Positions 41,679 through 52,523 are shown, numbered from the stretch's first letter. The stretch: 64,000 nt of DNA from Pirellulales bacterium (GCA_016776925.1 JADHSL010000003.1:51412-115411); one strand, 5' to 3'. Numbers and translations are program-made. Notes: generated from the sequence alone by a model not told the origin.

Positions 41679-43391
41679 TTAGTGATTTAAAATAAACTCA
41701 TTCGAGTTCAGTAGTGCCCACCATACATCCTGCAATGCCTCTTTCACCTGTCCCTTGCGAGCAAGGAGCACGTGATTTGCATATCGTAGTTCACTCGACG
41801 ATGGCCACCTTGCAAGAGCGGCAACATACAGGGCATTTATCTTGTCTCGATTTGTTTGGTTTGCCGCCACTACTTGGTCAAGAAATCCATCTTGATCGAG
41901 TGATGTAGCTGCCTGAATTAAATCGCCATTGAACAACATGAGTATCTGAGGAATCGTTCCATTAAATGTCGTACTCGAATCACCCTCATCTGTACCAAAG
42001 GCAGTTACAAACTGCGACAGCCAGCGATCTTGACGACCTGCAGCCTCGCTATGGTCTGCTTCGGTAGCTACCAGCAAAGAATCATAGAGTTGCTCAGGCT
42101 GCATTTGCCTGACATAGAAACGGCTGAAGTGTGGCTGCTCACCAGAATCCGGCGCATCCGTTGTGCTTCTTGCCTTCATGCGACTGGAGAGGCTATATGG
42201 CCTTGATAGGACAATCCAACGCATCAGTGACTTTAGATCATAACTGTATTCTGCAAACCGTTGAGAGAGTCCATCAAGTAACGCAGGGTGCGTTGGTGGG
42301 TTGTGGGCACCAAAATCATCTATTGGTGCGATGAATCCATAACCGAGAAAATAGGCCCAGACACGATTGACAACGGCCTTGGGGAACAAGGGATTTGACC
42401 GAATCAAAGTAGCCAATTCCCTGCGACGATTTACGCCGTACGGTGTTCCGTCATCAAGTACACCCGGCAGGAGCCCACTTCGTGAGATCTCAGTCCCATC
42501 AACAAAAACAGGATAGGCAACTTTAACTAAACCGTTTCTCAGTTCGTAGAAAATCTCTGCTTCATTTGGATCACCCCCCTGACCAGCAAAGTCTTCATCA
42601 ACAAGTTCAATCCATGCAACACGACGCCCTCCGTCAAACCGCCGCAAAGCTCGGGTCTGCCTGAAAAATGCATTCAACTCCCAAAACTGGTTCTGCTTTA
42701 CACCACTGTTGAAAGGATGATTATGGCATTGCGTACATTGGACCTGGAGCCCTAAGAAAATTTGTGCAGTTTTAGCCGTTGCCTGCAATCCTCCATCGGC
42801 GAGCTTTCCGCTCAGGAAGTTAGTGGCTCCATTAAATAACGTCGATTCTTCCCTTGTGGCATTATCTCCGGTCGCGGTAAGCAACTCCTCCACAAATTGA
42901 TCGTAAGGAATGTTTGACTCCCACGCGGACTGCAAATATTTTCGCATACCGTCTCGGTCGATCATTCGATTGTCAGTATCTCGGCCAACAAGTATTGTCG
43001 TCCATACATTCGACCAATGCTTTGCATATTCATAGCTGTATTCTGCACCAAGAAGACGATCGATAAGAACTGATTGCTTGTTGCGACTGCTATCATTTTT
43101 GTACTGCAACACCTCATCAACGGCTGGAATTCTCCCGATGAGGTCCAGATAAACACGTCGGCACCATTCGAGATCCGTGGCTTGCTCCACTGGCTCGATA
43201 TTTGCGTCAGCCCAAGCTGCCTCAATCTGGCTATCAATAAATGCAACCTGGGGAAGAGCTGATGAATTGTCGGCATAGAGAGGCATGGCGTGGTACAAAA
43301 ACACGAATAGCACCATTGAAGCCGAATACAGTCTCCCCTCAACTCGACTTGTGAGGCCGCCATATTTTCTTGGGTATTTCCGTATCATCAT
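41679..43391 (-). CDS. DUF1549/DUF1553 (PSCyt2/PSD1-type) protein.
   Basis: FIDSQIEAAWADANIEP, RRVYLDLIGRIP and the CTQCHNHPF motif (about 42717-42737), with a DUF1553-like C-terminus. ATG 43391 gives a plausible signal peptide. The ORF-track start is at 43457. Confidence 0.8.
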   Translation of the reverse strand: MMIRKYPRKYGGLTSRVEGRLYSASMVLFVFLYHAMPLYADNSSALPQVAFIDSQIEAAWADANIEPVEQATDLEWCRRVYLDLIGRIPAVDEVLQYKNDSSRNKQSVLIDRLLGAEYSYEYAKHWSNVWTTILVGRDTDNRMIDRDGMRKYLQSAWESNIPYDQFVEELLTATGDNATREESTLFNGATNFLSGKLADGGLQATAKTAQIFLGLQVQCTQCHNHPFNSGVKQNQFWELNAFFRQTRALRRFDGGRRVAWIELVDEDFAGQGGDPNEAEIFYELRNGLVKVAYPVFVDGTEISRSGLLPGVLDDGTPYGVNRRRELATLIRSNPLFPKAVVNRVWAYFLGYGFIAPIDDFGAHNPPTHPALLDGLSQRFAEYSYDLKSLMRWIVLSRPYSLSSRMKARSTTDAPDSGEQPHFSRFYVRQMQPEQLYDSLLVATEADHSEAAGRQDRWLSQFVTAFGTDEGDSSTTFNGTIPQILMLFNGDLIQAATSLDQDGFLDQVVAANQTNRDKINALYVAALARWPSSSELRYANHVLLARKGQVKEALQDVWWALLNSNEFILNH

Positions 43392-43522
43392 TCGGCACCC
43401 TCGCGGCCATCTCAGACAATCGCGCTGTAGAACGAGTCTATATTTTCCAGCAAGCACGCAAGAGTCAAGTTTACACGCTACCTACAGAACGGGCGAAACT
43501 GCCGGCAGCCCTGTCTTGTCCG

Positions 43523-43543
43523 AAAAAAACTCGGCTACGAGTT
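43523..43543 (-). terminator. Weak candidate intrinsic terminator at the end of rplQ.
   Basis: The minus strand reads AACUCG-UAGC-CGAGUU followed by U-rich UUUUUCGG. The rplQ TAG stop lies in the loop. The stem is short and AU-containing. Confidence 0.3.
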
Positions 43544-44104
43544 GACTGATTCAAGTTCAGGGGCAACTGGTGCAGCTGAGACAGATTCACCTACAAACTC
43601 AAGTATTGCCCGGGGACCTGCATCGCCGAGACGAGGCATTGCCAGCTTGAAAATACGGGTATACCCACCGGGACGACTAGCGAACCGAGGCGCTACCGCG
43701 CTAAAGAGAATTCGGGTTGCTTGTTTATCACCAAGCAGCCTCAGGACCCGACGTCGAGCAGTAACCGCAGGAGCCATAGCTTGGGCCCACTTTTGCCACT
43801 GCTCACTCTGACGCCACTTCTTCCATTCTGCGGTATCTCGTTCTGCGGACGCTGCAAATGCTTCAGCTGCTTGTTCCGCCAGCAGCCCTCGCTTCGCTAT
43901 CGTAATGCATCGTTCCACCACCGGGCGAACTTCTTTCGCTTTCGCGACAGTTGTCACAATACGTCCAGGCACTTTCGGAGCACCTGGTTCACCTGGCTCG
44001 AACTCTCGCTCCGTAAGAACAAGAGATGAAGCAAGATTCCTAAGCATAGCTCGCTGGTGAGAAGGACTTCTGCCAAGCACTCGGCCCTTGCGACGATGAC
44101 GCAT
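43535..44104 (-). CDS. rplQ: 50S ribosomal protein L17 (extended).
   Basis: MRHRRKGRVLGRSPSHQRAMLRNLASSL and PGGYTRIFKL. 189 aa, with an internal and C-terminal expansion. Confidence 0.93.
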   Translation of the reverse strand: MRHRRKGRVLGRSPSHQRAMLRNLASSLVLTEREFEPGEPGAPKVPGRIVTTVAKAKEVRPVVERCITIAKRGLLAEQAAEAFAASAERDTAEWKKWRQSEQWQKWAQAMAPAVTARRRVLRLLGDKQATRILFSAVAPRFASRPGGYTRIFKLAMPRLGDAGPRAILEFVGESVSAAPVAPELESVNS

Positions 44105-44152
44105 TGTTCAACCTTTTCTTCTTTCGATCACTGAAATATGCATTGACGAAAT

Positions 44153-45172
44153 TCAGGAATGCATTCCTGCCGACTCCATACCAAACGACACGCCGAGCTC
44201 CTTAAGCTTCTCTTCAATTTCCTGAAGCGTCGTCTCGCCAGCACTCTGCAAATCTGCAACCTCTTCGCGAGTCTTCACAACTAACTGACCAAGGGTCGTA
44301 ATATCATTCCGAATCAAACTATTCTCAGCACGGTGCGAAAGATTTAATTGGGAAACCAGCATCCCAAGGCGACTCTCAAGGGGAGCCTCGAGCTTTTCGA
44401 GATCGAGAACACCTTCAACTGCAGAAGTCGTGTCACTTGAACCTGAAGCTGCATGTATTGATGCACCCGGAGAAGTGTACCCAACAAACGGATTAAGATG
44501 TTTGCGGAGAATTTTTGCTGCCTCAACAAGTGCCATTTCCGGAGTGATTGTGCCATCGGTCCACACTTCAAGAGTCAGCTTATCGTAGTTTGTTTTTTGG
44601 CCGACACGGGTTTCCTCAACCTCGTATCGCACACGAGTAACCGGGCTGAATACCGCGTCGACGGGGACAATACCAATCTCATGCCCATCCGGACTGTGCT
44701 CACTACTTGGCACATACCCACGACCATTTTCGATTACCATTTCCAACTCAAATGGAACATCGTCTGTGAGAGTTGCAAGAACAAGATCCTTGTTCACAAC
44801 TTCAACAGACTCATCCGTCTGAACATCAGCAGCTGTGATCGGGCCCTTCAGACTTTTCTCTACATGAACAACTCGTGTTGAATCACTGTGATTCTTCACG
44901 ACCATGCTTTTTACAGCCAGGACGATATCAGTTACATCCTCTTGAACGCCCTTTATCGTCGTAAACTCATGCTGAGCTCCCCCAAGTTTAATCTGGGTTA
45001 CAGCACTGCCCTCAAGGCTTGATAGCAGAATACGTCGAAGACTATTTCCAACAGTCGTTCCAAAACCCCTCTCAAAAGGTTCGGCTGTAAACTTGCCATA
45101 AGTATTCGTTAGCGTCGCGGTATCGGCGACAACGGAGCCTGGTAGTTCGAGGCCTCGCCAGCGGATATGCAT
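44153..45172 (-). CDS. rpoA: DNA-directed RNA polymerase subunit alpha.
   Basis: GFGTTVGNSLRRILLSSLEGSAVT and a C-terminal domain with LNLSHRAENSL. Sits in the alpha-operon context. Confidence 0.95.
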   Translation of the reverse strand: MHIRWRGLELPGSVVADTATLTNTYGKFTAEPFERGFGTTVGNSLRRILLSSLEGSAVTQIKLGGAQHEFTTIKGVQEDVTDIVLAVKSMVVKNHSDSTRVVHVEKSLKGPITAADVQTDESVEVVNKDLVLATLTDDVPFELEMVIENGRGYVPSSEHSPDGHEIGIVPVDAVFSPVTRVRYEVEETRVGQKTNYDKLTLEVWTDGTITPEMALVEAAKILRKHLNPFVGYTSPGASIHAASGSSDTTSAVEGVLDLEKLEAPLESRLGMLVSQLNLSHRAENSLIRNDITTLGQLVVKTREEVADLQSAGETTLQEIEEKLKELGVSFGMESAGMHS

Positions 45173-45263
45173 ATGGTTCTCCTTAAATACCTTTTGTTCT
45201 CAAATCACACTCTCAGGAAGTCGACTTTTGACGATAGCTGAACGTCAAAAGTTGACTTCACTT

Positions 45264-45641
45264 TTAAACACGCCGTTTCTTTGGTGGACGACACCCGTTG
45301 TGGGGCAGAGGAGTAATGTCTTCAATACTCTTCACATTCATGCCAGCCCCCTGAAGAGCCGTAATCGCACTTTCGCGACCACTCCCCGGACCTTTCACAC
45401 GGACTTCAAGGTCCTTCACGCCGAACTTTGATGCTTTCTCAGCCGCCTGTTGGGCAGCCATTTGTCCCGCAAATGGGGTGCCTTTACGGCTTCCCTTAAA
45501 ACCACAGGTTCCGCCACTTGCCCAACAAAGCGTGTCGCCCCGCTGGTCTGTGATTGTAACCGTTGTGTTATTAAAAGTTGCATCAATGAATGCTATTCCA
45601 GATGACACACTTTTCTTTTTTGTTTTCGCTGTCTTGGCCAT
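45264..45641 (-). CDS. rpsK: 30S ribosomal protein S11.
   Basis: [21 protein letters not shown]...[11 protein letters not shown] and [13 protein letters not shown]. Confidence 0.96.
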   Translation of the reverse strand: MAKTAKTKKKSVSSGIAFIDATFNNTTVTITDQRGDTLCWASGGTCGFKGSRKGTPFAGQMAAQQAAEKASKFGVKDLEVRVKGPGSGRESAITALQGAGMNVKSIEDITPLPHNGCRPPKKRRV

Positions 45642-45764
45642 TATTCAGTCGCCCTGATTCGCTTGATCGGGCTTACCACTTTCCTTCCTGTCAAATCCTG
45701 TTGTTTTGTATCGCTTGGTTTTCAAACTGTGCCTGCCTTACGTCCCTAACGCAGGCGCGGTCAC

Positions 45765-46148
45765 TTATTTAAGATCCTTAACACCCTTCTTGCCAGCAAC
45801 CGTCTTCTTCGGCCCCTTACGAGTCCTCGCATTTGTCCGAGTGCGCTGCCCACGAACTGGCAAGCCACGTCGATGACGAATCCCACGGTAGCAGCCGATA
45901 TCTTTTAAGCGAGAAACTCCTTGGGCAACTTGTCTCCGTAACTGTCCCTCAACGACATAATCTTTATCAAGCAACGAAGCCATTCGTGCCAACTCGTCCT
46001 CGTGAAGATCCCTTGCCTGAGCCTCAGGACTTACACCCGCCTTGCGACAAAGTTCTCTCGCAACGCGAGGCCCAACGCCGTAAAGGTACTGAAGTGAATA
46101 GACAGTCTTTTTGTCAGTAGGTATGTCAACACCGAGCAAACGTGGCAT
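45765..46148 (-). CDS. rpsM: 30S ribosomal protein S13.
   Basis: MPRLLGVDIP, YRGIRHRRGLPVRGQRTRTNARTRKG. Confidence 0.96.
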   Translation of the reverse strand: MPRLLGVDIPTDKKTVYSLQYLYGVGPRVARELCRKAGVSPEAQARDLHEDELARMASLLDKDYVVEGQLRRQVAQGVSRLKDIGCYRGIRHRRGLPVRGQRTRTNARTRKGPKKTVAGKKGVKDLK

Positions 46149-46308
46149 AAGTGGATGCTTTCAGGAACGAATCAAATCTATTTGTGATACACCTTGAATT
46201 AAGTCAACAGTCAGGATTTGTGGTTGGACAACTGCCAAGCCTCCAGAACTACCTGCTTTGACTCAATTACTCGATTCACCAGATCGTGGCACTTCCTCAA
46301 CTGTTCTA

Positions 46309-46422
46309 CTAGCCTTGTCGTTGCTTATGCCGGGGGTTGTCGCATAAGACGAAGACCACACCGCGACGGCGGACTACCTTGCATTTATCGCAAATCCGTT
46401 TGACGCTGGCACGCACTTTCAT
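46309..46422 (-). CDS. rpmJ: 50S ribosomal protein L36.
   Basis: Below the ORF-track size cut-off. Hand translation gives [37 protein letters not shown] followed by a stop. Confidence 0.93.
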   Translation of the reverse strand: MKVRASVKRICDKCKVVRRRGVVFVLCDNPRHKQRQG

Positions 46423-46595
46423 TGAAATCATGACGCAAGAGCGTCATACCTCACAGCAATAGTAAGACAATTGATCTAGACAAATCGAAGCCTCGGAGTA
46501 TAGCCACGGCAAACGGGGGTTCACAAGTAGGCACACGAATTTCCGGCTATCGAGCCAATTCCAAGCAACTAAGAGGCGTGCTGAGCATAGATCAA

Positions 46596-47417
46596 TTAGC
46601 CCTGAGTATTCGTTGCGACACCAGCCGTTCCCTCTGCTTCTCCAGTTTGAGGGTCCGCCGTAAGAGCCCACGGACCATCCTCTGTCATTGCGATTGTGTG
46701 CTCAAAATGAGCACTGTACTTCCCATCTGCCGTTGATTGAGTCCAGAAGTCCGGAAGTGGCCGTACTTTTTTAGTCCCCATGTTCACCATGGGCTCGACC
46801 GCAATAACAAGCCCTGGTTCCAGCTCAAAATCATGCTTACGGCGAAACGATGGGGAGCAGAAGTTGGGGACCTGAGGATCCTCATGCATGTTCTTGCCTA
46901 TGCCGTGGCCGACAAAATTTTCAACAACGGAAAATCCATAATCCCTAACAAACGTAGCCATTTCTGACGCAACATCGCCCCAACGATTTCGTGATGCCAT
47001 AAGTTTAATCGCCAACTGCAGAACACCCGACGTGCAGTCCAAGAGTTTCTGAACATCGTCTTCTACTTGGCCAACGGCATGCGTAAAGGCGGAATCACCG
47101 CACCAGCCCTTCAACTTGCAACCGGTATCAATGCTAATGATATCGCCCTCCACCAACTTCCGGGAACCGGGAATTCCATGCACGACTTCATCGTTTACCG
47201 ATATGCAACACACTGAAGGAAAAGGCACTCGCCCCGGAACTCCCTTAAAAAGCGGCACAACATTTTGCTCCTCGAAAAAATCCTCCACAGCCTGGTCGAT
47301 TTCACCAGTTGTGATTCCTGGACGAACAAGACTTTTAGCAATTTGATGGGCTTCCCAAACGACAAGGCCAGCCTTTCGCATGGCTTCTATCTCTCGACTC
47401 GATTTTAGCTTCAGCAC
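46596..47417 (-). CDS. map: Type I methionine aminopeptidase.
   Basis: [20 protein letters not shown] and FEHTIAMT metal-ligand blocks. GTG start. Confidence 0.93.
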   Translation of the reverse strand: MLKLKSSREIEAMRKAGLVVWEAHQIAKSLVRPGITTGEIDQAVEDFFEEQNVVPLFKGVPGRVPFPSVCCISVNDEVVHGIPGSRKLVEGDIISIDTGCKLKGWCGDSAFTHAVGQVEDDVQKLLDCTSGVLQLAIKLMASRNRWGDVASEMATFVRDYGFSVVENFVGHGIGKNMHEDPQVPNFCSPSFRRKHDFELEPGLVIAVEPMVNMGTKKVRPLPDFWTQSTADGKYSAHFEHTIAMTEDGPWALTADPQTGEAEGTAGVATNTQG

Positions 47418-47542
47418 GTCAGTTCTTCCTCTTCACCAAGACCAACAAGGGGGGGCAGGAAACAATCCCGCCAAAACCTTTCCGTAACAATTCAAAGTAC
47501 ATCCCAAACGCTTCAATTTACAGAATGAACTTTTCGTTTGTT

Positions 47543-48112
47543 CTAGCGTTTTGCACGCCGAAATGCACGGATTGCCTGCCGCACCCGCTCAAAGATATCA
47601 TCAGCAGAACCTAACCCGTTCACAGTCCTCAATTTTCCCTGGAATTCATAATATTCCAGCAGAGGAGCCGTCTGTCTTTCGAAACTTTCGATTCGACGTG
47701 CAAAAACTTCTGGACTGTCATCGTCCCGTTTTCGTGCAAGCATACGACGAACAAGTTCTTCCTGAGGAACGGACAGTTCAATAACACCGTCAACGCTCAT
47801 TGCCTGTCGCTCAAGCAGATCATCGAGCATTTCGGCCTGATTTATTGTTCTCGGGAACCCGTCAAGGAGACAGCCTCTCCGACAATCCTGGCCCTTCAGC
47901 CGACGGGTCACTAATCCAAGTACGAGTTGATCCGGAACCAACTGCCCCGCCTCCATGTACGAGGAGGCCTCTTTTCCTTCAGTTGTCTTCTGAGCAATGG
48001 CTGCCCGTAACATCTCTCCAGTCGAGAGGTGGGGCACCCTCAGGAAGTTGACTAGTCTCTCGCATTGCGTTCCTTTCCCTGCACCCGGTGGTCCAATCAG
48101 GATTATCCGCAT
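47543..48112 (-). CDS. adk: Adenylate kinase (short-LID form).
   Basis: MRIILIGPPGAGKGTQ P-loop and LLDGFPRTINQA. 189 aa with no Cys4 LID insertion. Confidence 0.93.
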   Translation of the reverse strand: MRIILIGPPGAGKGTQCERLVNFLRVPHLSTGEMLRAAIAQKTTEGKEASSYMEAGQLVPDQLVLGLVTRRLKGQDCRRGCLLDGFPRTINQAEMLDDLLERQAMSVDGVIELSVPQEELVRRMLARKRDDDSPEVFARRIESFERQTAPLLEYYEFQGKLRTVNGLGSADDIFERVRQAIRAFRRAKR

Positions 48113-48220
48113 AGGACTACAAGACCATGGAATGAAGCTAGGGGATTATGGAGCCAACGTAAAAAGACTCAAATGGCGAAAACAGCGCAATGAAAACAGA
48201 CGTGCTTGTGGCAGAACCGG

Positions 48221-49582
48221 TTACGATTTCTCCAGCAAACCACTGTAGTTCCGCATCACAAGATGACTATCAATTTTTTGTACCAGATCGAACGCCACGC
48301 TCACCGCAATAAGCAAACCGGTGCCTCCGTAAAAGCTGGCAATCTGAGCCGGAATACCAAGTGCTCCACTTACGATCGTCGGAATGACTGCTACGAGGGC
48401 CAGGAACCCGGCTCCGACGTAGGTGATTCGCTCCATGACCCGTTCCAGATAATCGGCGGTTCTCTTCCCTGGTCGGTAGCCAGGAATAAATGAGCCGAAG
48501 TTCTTCAGATTGTCAGCCATTTCTTTGGGATTAAATGTGATTGCTGTCCAAAAGTAACAAAAGAAGTAGATAAGCGCGATATAGCAAATATTGTAGAGGT
48601 ACGATTGGCCCCTCGTAAACGAATCATGAAGCGCTGCCAGCACCGTATTGCCTGGGTATGCACTGCTCACATACTGAAAAAACATCTGTGGAAACAGCAG
48701 CAATGAACTTGCAAAGATAATCGGCATAACGCCTGCTTGATTCACACGAAGCGGAAGATATTGCCGAGTGCCTCCGTACACTCTCCTCCCTCGAACGTGC
48801 TTCGCACTCTGGGTCGGAATTCGTCGTTGTCCTTGAGTCATAAAGACTACTCCAGCAACAACGCCAACAAAAAGAGCAGCCAAAACCAGAATTGTCTCGA
48901 TGCCCATCTTCCCACCGCCCCCACCAAGCTCCCAACTTGTATCTCCCGCGAGCGACACAAGTGCACTTGGCATGGCAGCGAGAATGCCAGCCATAATCAA
49001 CAGACTTATTCCATTCCCAATACCGAATTCATCTATTTGCTCACCAAGCCACATGAGGAAAACAGTGCCTGCTGTCATTGTTAGCACCGCAACCAACTGC
49101 CAAGAAAACGGTAAACTCCCATCTACGAGAAAACTCGGCTGGATAAGAGATGCTTCACCGATACGAGTATTCGAAAGAAAAGCAACATAAGCCCAACTCT
49201 GCAGGAGACAAATACCAACAGTCGCATACCGTGTGTACTCATTGATTTTCTTCCGACCCGACTCACCTTCCTTTTGAAGTTTCTCCAGAGGGGGCCAGAC
49301 TGTGCCTAATAACTGAAAAATAATTGATGCAGAAATATAAGGCATTATCCCTAGCCCAAAGATTGTGGCCTGGGAAAGTTGACTTGCCGAAAAGACTGCG
49401 ACCGTCTTGAGAAGATCACTGATTCCACCTGACTCCTCAGCGAAGGCTCGCATTGCGGCCGGATCAACAATTGGCAAAGGGACCTGCCACCCAACACGAT
49501 AGATAGCAAGCAGACCAAGAGTCAGTAAGATCTTTTGACGCAACTCTGGAATCGTAAAAATGATTCTTATCTTCTCGAACAC
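48221..49582 (-). CDS. secY: Preprotein translocase subunit SecY.
   Basis: Ten-TM pattern. IFGLGIMPYISASIIFQLL and GTRQYLPLRVNQAGVMPIIFASS. Confidence 0.95.
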   Translation of the reverse strand: MFEKIRIIFTIPELRQKILLTLGLLAIYRVGWQVPLPIVDPAAMRAFAEESGGISDLLKTVAVFSASQLSQATIFGLGIMPYISASIIFQLLGTVWPPLEKLQKEGESGRKKINEYTRYATVGICLLQSWAYVAFLSNTRIGEASLIQPSFLVDGSLPFSWQLVAVLTMTAGTVFLMWLGEQIDEFGIGNGISLLIMAGILAAMPSALVSLAGDTSWELGGGGGKMGIETILVLAALFVGVVAGVVFMTQGQRRIPTQSAKHVRGRRVYGGTRQYLPLRVNQAGVMPIIFASSLLLFPQMFFQYVSSAYPGNTVLAALHDSFTRGQSYLYNICYIALIYFFCYFWTAITFNPKEMADNLKNFGSFIPGYRPGKRTADYLERVMERITYVGAGFLALVAVIPTIVSGALGIPAQIASFYGGTGLLIAVSVAFDLVQKIDSHLVMRNYSGLLEKS

Positions 49583-49758
49583 GTCAGCGACTCCCTGTCT
49601 TTGTTCCGAAAAACTTTGGCTGTTCCTTCAGCATTTCGAATGCGTTGAAAAATTAGTAACTGGCTTTCAAGGGCCAAGAAGCATTTGGGGAAATTCAAAT
49701 CTCAATAGGCCCAGACACGAACTGCCTCAAGATCCCTAATCTACCCTGAAACACTCAT

Positions 49759-50268
49759 CTATGGCGATGCTGATTGTTCGGTGTTCCGGACCTTCTTTTG
49801 CCCCTTCACGAGAGCTGCTGGGCCGGGCACCTCACTCACGCTCCCTCCAGCTGCCAAGATTTTCTCACGTGCCTGCTTACTAAAACGGTGTGCTGAAACT
49901 GACAATGACTTTGAAATTTCCCCATCACCCAAAATTTTTAATTCGTGCCAAATACCCTTCGCAACACCAGAAGTACGGAGTAGTTCAGGTGTGACATCCG
50001 CACCTGCCTCAAATGCTGACTCAAGATCAGACACGTTGATACTTTTGACTATCTTGCCATGGCGGTTGTTGAAGCCACGTTTCGGAACCCGTCGTATAAT
50101 CGGACTCCGTCCGCCCTCAAAAATTGAAGGAGCACTCCAACCAGCGAGTTGCCCCTGACCTTTGTGTCCTCGGCCTGACGTCTTGCCATGACCGGATCCG
50201 GGCCCGCGACCTATTCGCAAACGTTTACGGTTTTTGTGAACGCCTTTATTAATGTCATTGAGTCTCAT
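49759..50268 (-). CDS. rplO: 50S ribosomal protein L15.
   Basis: RIGRGPGSGHGKTSGRGHKGQ. Position between secY and rpsE. Confidence 0.94.
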   Translation of the reverse strand: MRLNDINKGVHKNRKRLRIGRGPGSGHGKTSGRGHKGQGQLAGWSAPSIFEGGRSPIIRRVPKRGFNNRHGKIVKSINVSDLESAFEAGADVTPELLRTSGVAKGIWHELKILGDGEISKSLSVSAHRFSKQAREKILAAGGSVSEVPGPAALVKGQKKVRNTEQSASP

Positions 50269-50321
50269 GGAGATACCTACTTAATCAATTCTTCTTTAAG
50301 TGAATGTGTGTCACATTTGTC

Positions 50322-50858
50322 TTATGAATTTTCCGAGAGAGCAACTCCTCGTAGCCGCTCTACATCTTCTACCGTTCGCAATTGCTTGAGGCCATTAATG
50401 GTGGCTTTCACAAGGTTTAGCGGATTCACTGAGCCGTGGGATTTTGTCAGCACATCCTGAATACCAGCTGATTCACAGACGGCTCGCACCGCAGCACCAG
50501 CGATGATTCCCGTACCAGGACTGGCAGGTAACAGAATAATTTTTGATGTTCCGCTCAATCCCTCAACACGGTGTGGGATCGTTCCGGACACCAGAGGAAC
50601 CTCGACAAGGTTCTTCATGCCATCCTTAATACCCTTCTCTACCGCAGCAGGTACTTCATTCGCCTTTCCATACCCGCAGCCAATCTTGCCCTTCCCATTC
50701 CCAACAACAACGAGGCCTGCAAAGCTGAAACGCCGACCGCCTTTGACAACAGTCGCACATCGACGAACCTTCACTACTCTTTCAGTGAATTCGCCACCTG
50801 CCCGGGATTCTCGTCCACCTGCCGGGGATCTTCGTCCACCTGATGTGTTTGCTGCCAC
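50322..50858 (-). CDS. rpsE: 30S ribosomal protein S5.
   Basis: [42 protein letters not shown] start. Confidence 0.95.
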   Translation of the reverse strand: MAANTSGGRRSPAGGRESRAGGEFTERVVKVRRCATVVKGGRRFSFAGLVVVGNGKGKIGCGYGKANEVPAAVEKGIKDGMKNLVEVPLVSGTIPHRVEGLSGTSKIILLPASPGTGIIAGAAVRAVCESAGIQDVLTKSHGSVNPLNLVKATINGLKQLRTVEDVERLRGVALSENS

Positions 50859-50883
50859 GCTTAATCTCCTGATAAATTTTCGC

Positions 50884-51252
50884 TTAGAATTCTAACCCTG
50901 CTTCACGTGCAGCATCAGCTAACGCTGCAACACGACCGTGATACCGACACGAACCACGATCAAAACAGACTCGTGATATCCCTGCTGCTTTCGCCCGTTC
51001 AGCAACAGCCTTGCCAATGGCAACAGCAGCGCTGCGATTACCGCCAAAAGCAACATCTGACTTGAGTTGCGGCTCAACCGTAGCTGCTGCAACAACCGTT
51101 TTGCCAGATGCGTCATCAATTACTTGTGCATAAATGTGTTTGTGACTACGGCGCACAGATAGCCGCGGCCGTTCCGATGTACCTCGAAGCGGCTTGCGCA
51201 CGCGATGGCGACGACGTGTTCGCTGTTGCAGTATTGATTTCGCATGATCCAT
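50884..51252 (-). CDS. rplR: 50S ribosomal protein L18.
   Basis: [20 protein letters not shown] and [26 protein letters not shown]. Confidence 0.95.
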   Translation of the reverse strand: MDHAKSILQQRTRRRHRVRKPLRGTSERPRLSVRRSHKHIYAQVIDDASGKTVVAAATVEPQLKSDVAFGGNRSAAVAIGKAVAERAKAAGISRVCFDRGSCRYHGRVAALADAAREAGLEF

Positions 51253-51301
51253 TTCAATTTCTCCTCGTTAGCACGCTATCAGCCGCCCTGGGCACATTGC
51301 G

Positions 51302-51847
51302 TTATTTCGTGACGGCCTTACCTGCCTTGCGACGAACTTGTTCATTTTCGTAACGGATTCCTTTTCCTTTATACGGTTCTGGTTTCCGAAGTGAACGAAC
51401 CTCTGCAGCAAATTGACCAACCAACTGCTTGTCGATGCCTTTAATATTGATGTGGGTCTGATCAGGGCAGGTAACATTTAAACCCTTTGGAACTGGAACG
51501 TGAAGCTCGTTCGCAAAACCAACCCGTAATTGCAGTACATCTTTTTGCAAAACTGCAAGATAGCCCACTCCAACAATTTCTAGTCGTTTTTCATAACCCT
51601 TCGTAACTCCCTCAACCATGTTATTCACGAGTGATCGAGTTAGTCCGTGCAGTGATCTCGACAGCTTTGCATCGTCATCTCTCGAGACGCGGATGAGTGC
51701 AGCAGAGTCATCTACATCCACACTTACTGCAGGGTGATGCTCATGCTCCAACTTGCCGAGTGGGCCTTCAACCGATACTAAACGGCTGTCGATTTTCACG
51801 TTGACACCTTGAGGGATTGCAACGGGCGTTTTACCTATTCGTGACAT
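51302..51847 (-). CDS. rplF: 50S ribosomal protein L6.
   Basis: MSRIGKTPVAIPQGV and PEPYKGKGIRYENE. Confidence 0.95.
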   Translation of the reverse strand: MSRIGKTPVAIPQGVNVKIDSRLVSVEGPLGKLEHEHHPAVSVDVDDSAALIRVSRDDDAKLSRSLHGLTRSLVNNMVEGVTKGYEKRLEIVGVGYLAVLQKDVLQLRVGFANELHVPVPKGLNVTCPDQTHINIKGIDKQLVGQFAAEVRSLRKPEPYKGKGIRYENEQVRRKAGKAVTK

Positions 51848-51928
51848 GCTGGAAACCTTTCTCTCGACTCAGCTACAACCAACCGACTGAGTGCTTCGAT
51901 ACCTATACTTACAATTGCTTTCTCAAAA

Positions 51929-52324
51929 TCACCACAGTTCACACAAAACTTCACCACCAAGCTTTCGCTGTCGAGCCTCTCTGTCACTCACAACACCACT
52001 CGAGGTGGAGAGGATTGATATGCCAAGCCCGTTAAGGATGGGCCGCAGACGAGCCGACCTGCTGTAGACACGCCTGCCTGGCGTACTAATCCTTTTAATA
52101 TGCTGGATTAAACGCTCGCCATTCGGCCCATATTTCAATTCCAGCTGGAGCACCGGTGCTGGCGTAGATTCGACTTCTCGCCAATCCCAAATGAATCCTT
52201 CTTTTTTTAACACATCTGCCAGACCACGCTTCACCTTCGAAAAAGGCACGTCTACCGTTGGATGTTCAACACGAACAGCGTTTCGGATACGAGTGAGCAT
52301 GTCGGCTATCGGGTCGGTCATCAT
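51929..52324 (-). CDS. rpsH: 30S ribosomal protein S8.
   Basis: MMTDPIADMLTRIRNA. ATG 52324 gives 131 aa. The longer ORF in the track overlaps rpsZ. Confidence 0.94.
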   Translation of the reverse strand: MMTDPIADMLTRIRNAVRVEHPTVDVPFSKVKRGLADVLKKEGFIWDWREVESTPAPVLQLELKYGPNGERLIQHIKRISTPGRRVYSRSARLRPILNGLGISILSTSSGVVSDREARQRKLGGEVLCELW

Positions 52325-52337
52325 ATGATTTTCGTTC

Positions 52338-52523
52338 CTACCAACTGGCCTTACGAACACCCGGAATGTTGCCTTGATCAGCCAACTTCCGGAAACAAAT
52401 GCGACAGATTCCAAACTTGCGGTAAACCGCTCGAGGCCTGCCACACAGCATGCAACGACGAATAGTTCGGGTCGAAAATTTTGGTGGCCGCTCTGCAGCG
52501 GCAATTTTGGATTTACTTGCCAT
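52338..52523 (-). CDS. rpsZ: 30S ribosomal protein S14, type Z (zinc-binding).
   Basis: 61 aa from ATG 52523. [20 protein letters not shown] carries the CxxC...CxxC pattern. Confidence 0.93.
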   Translation of the reverse strand: MASKSKIAAAERPPKFSTRTIRRCMLCGRPRAVYRKFGICRICFRKLADQGNIPGVRKASW

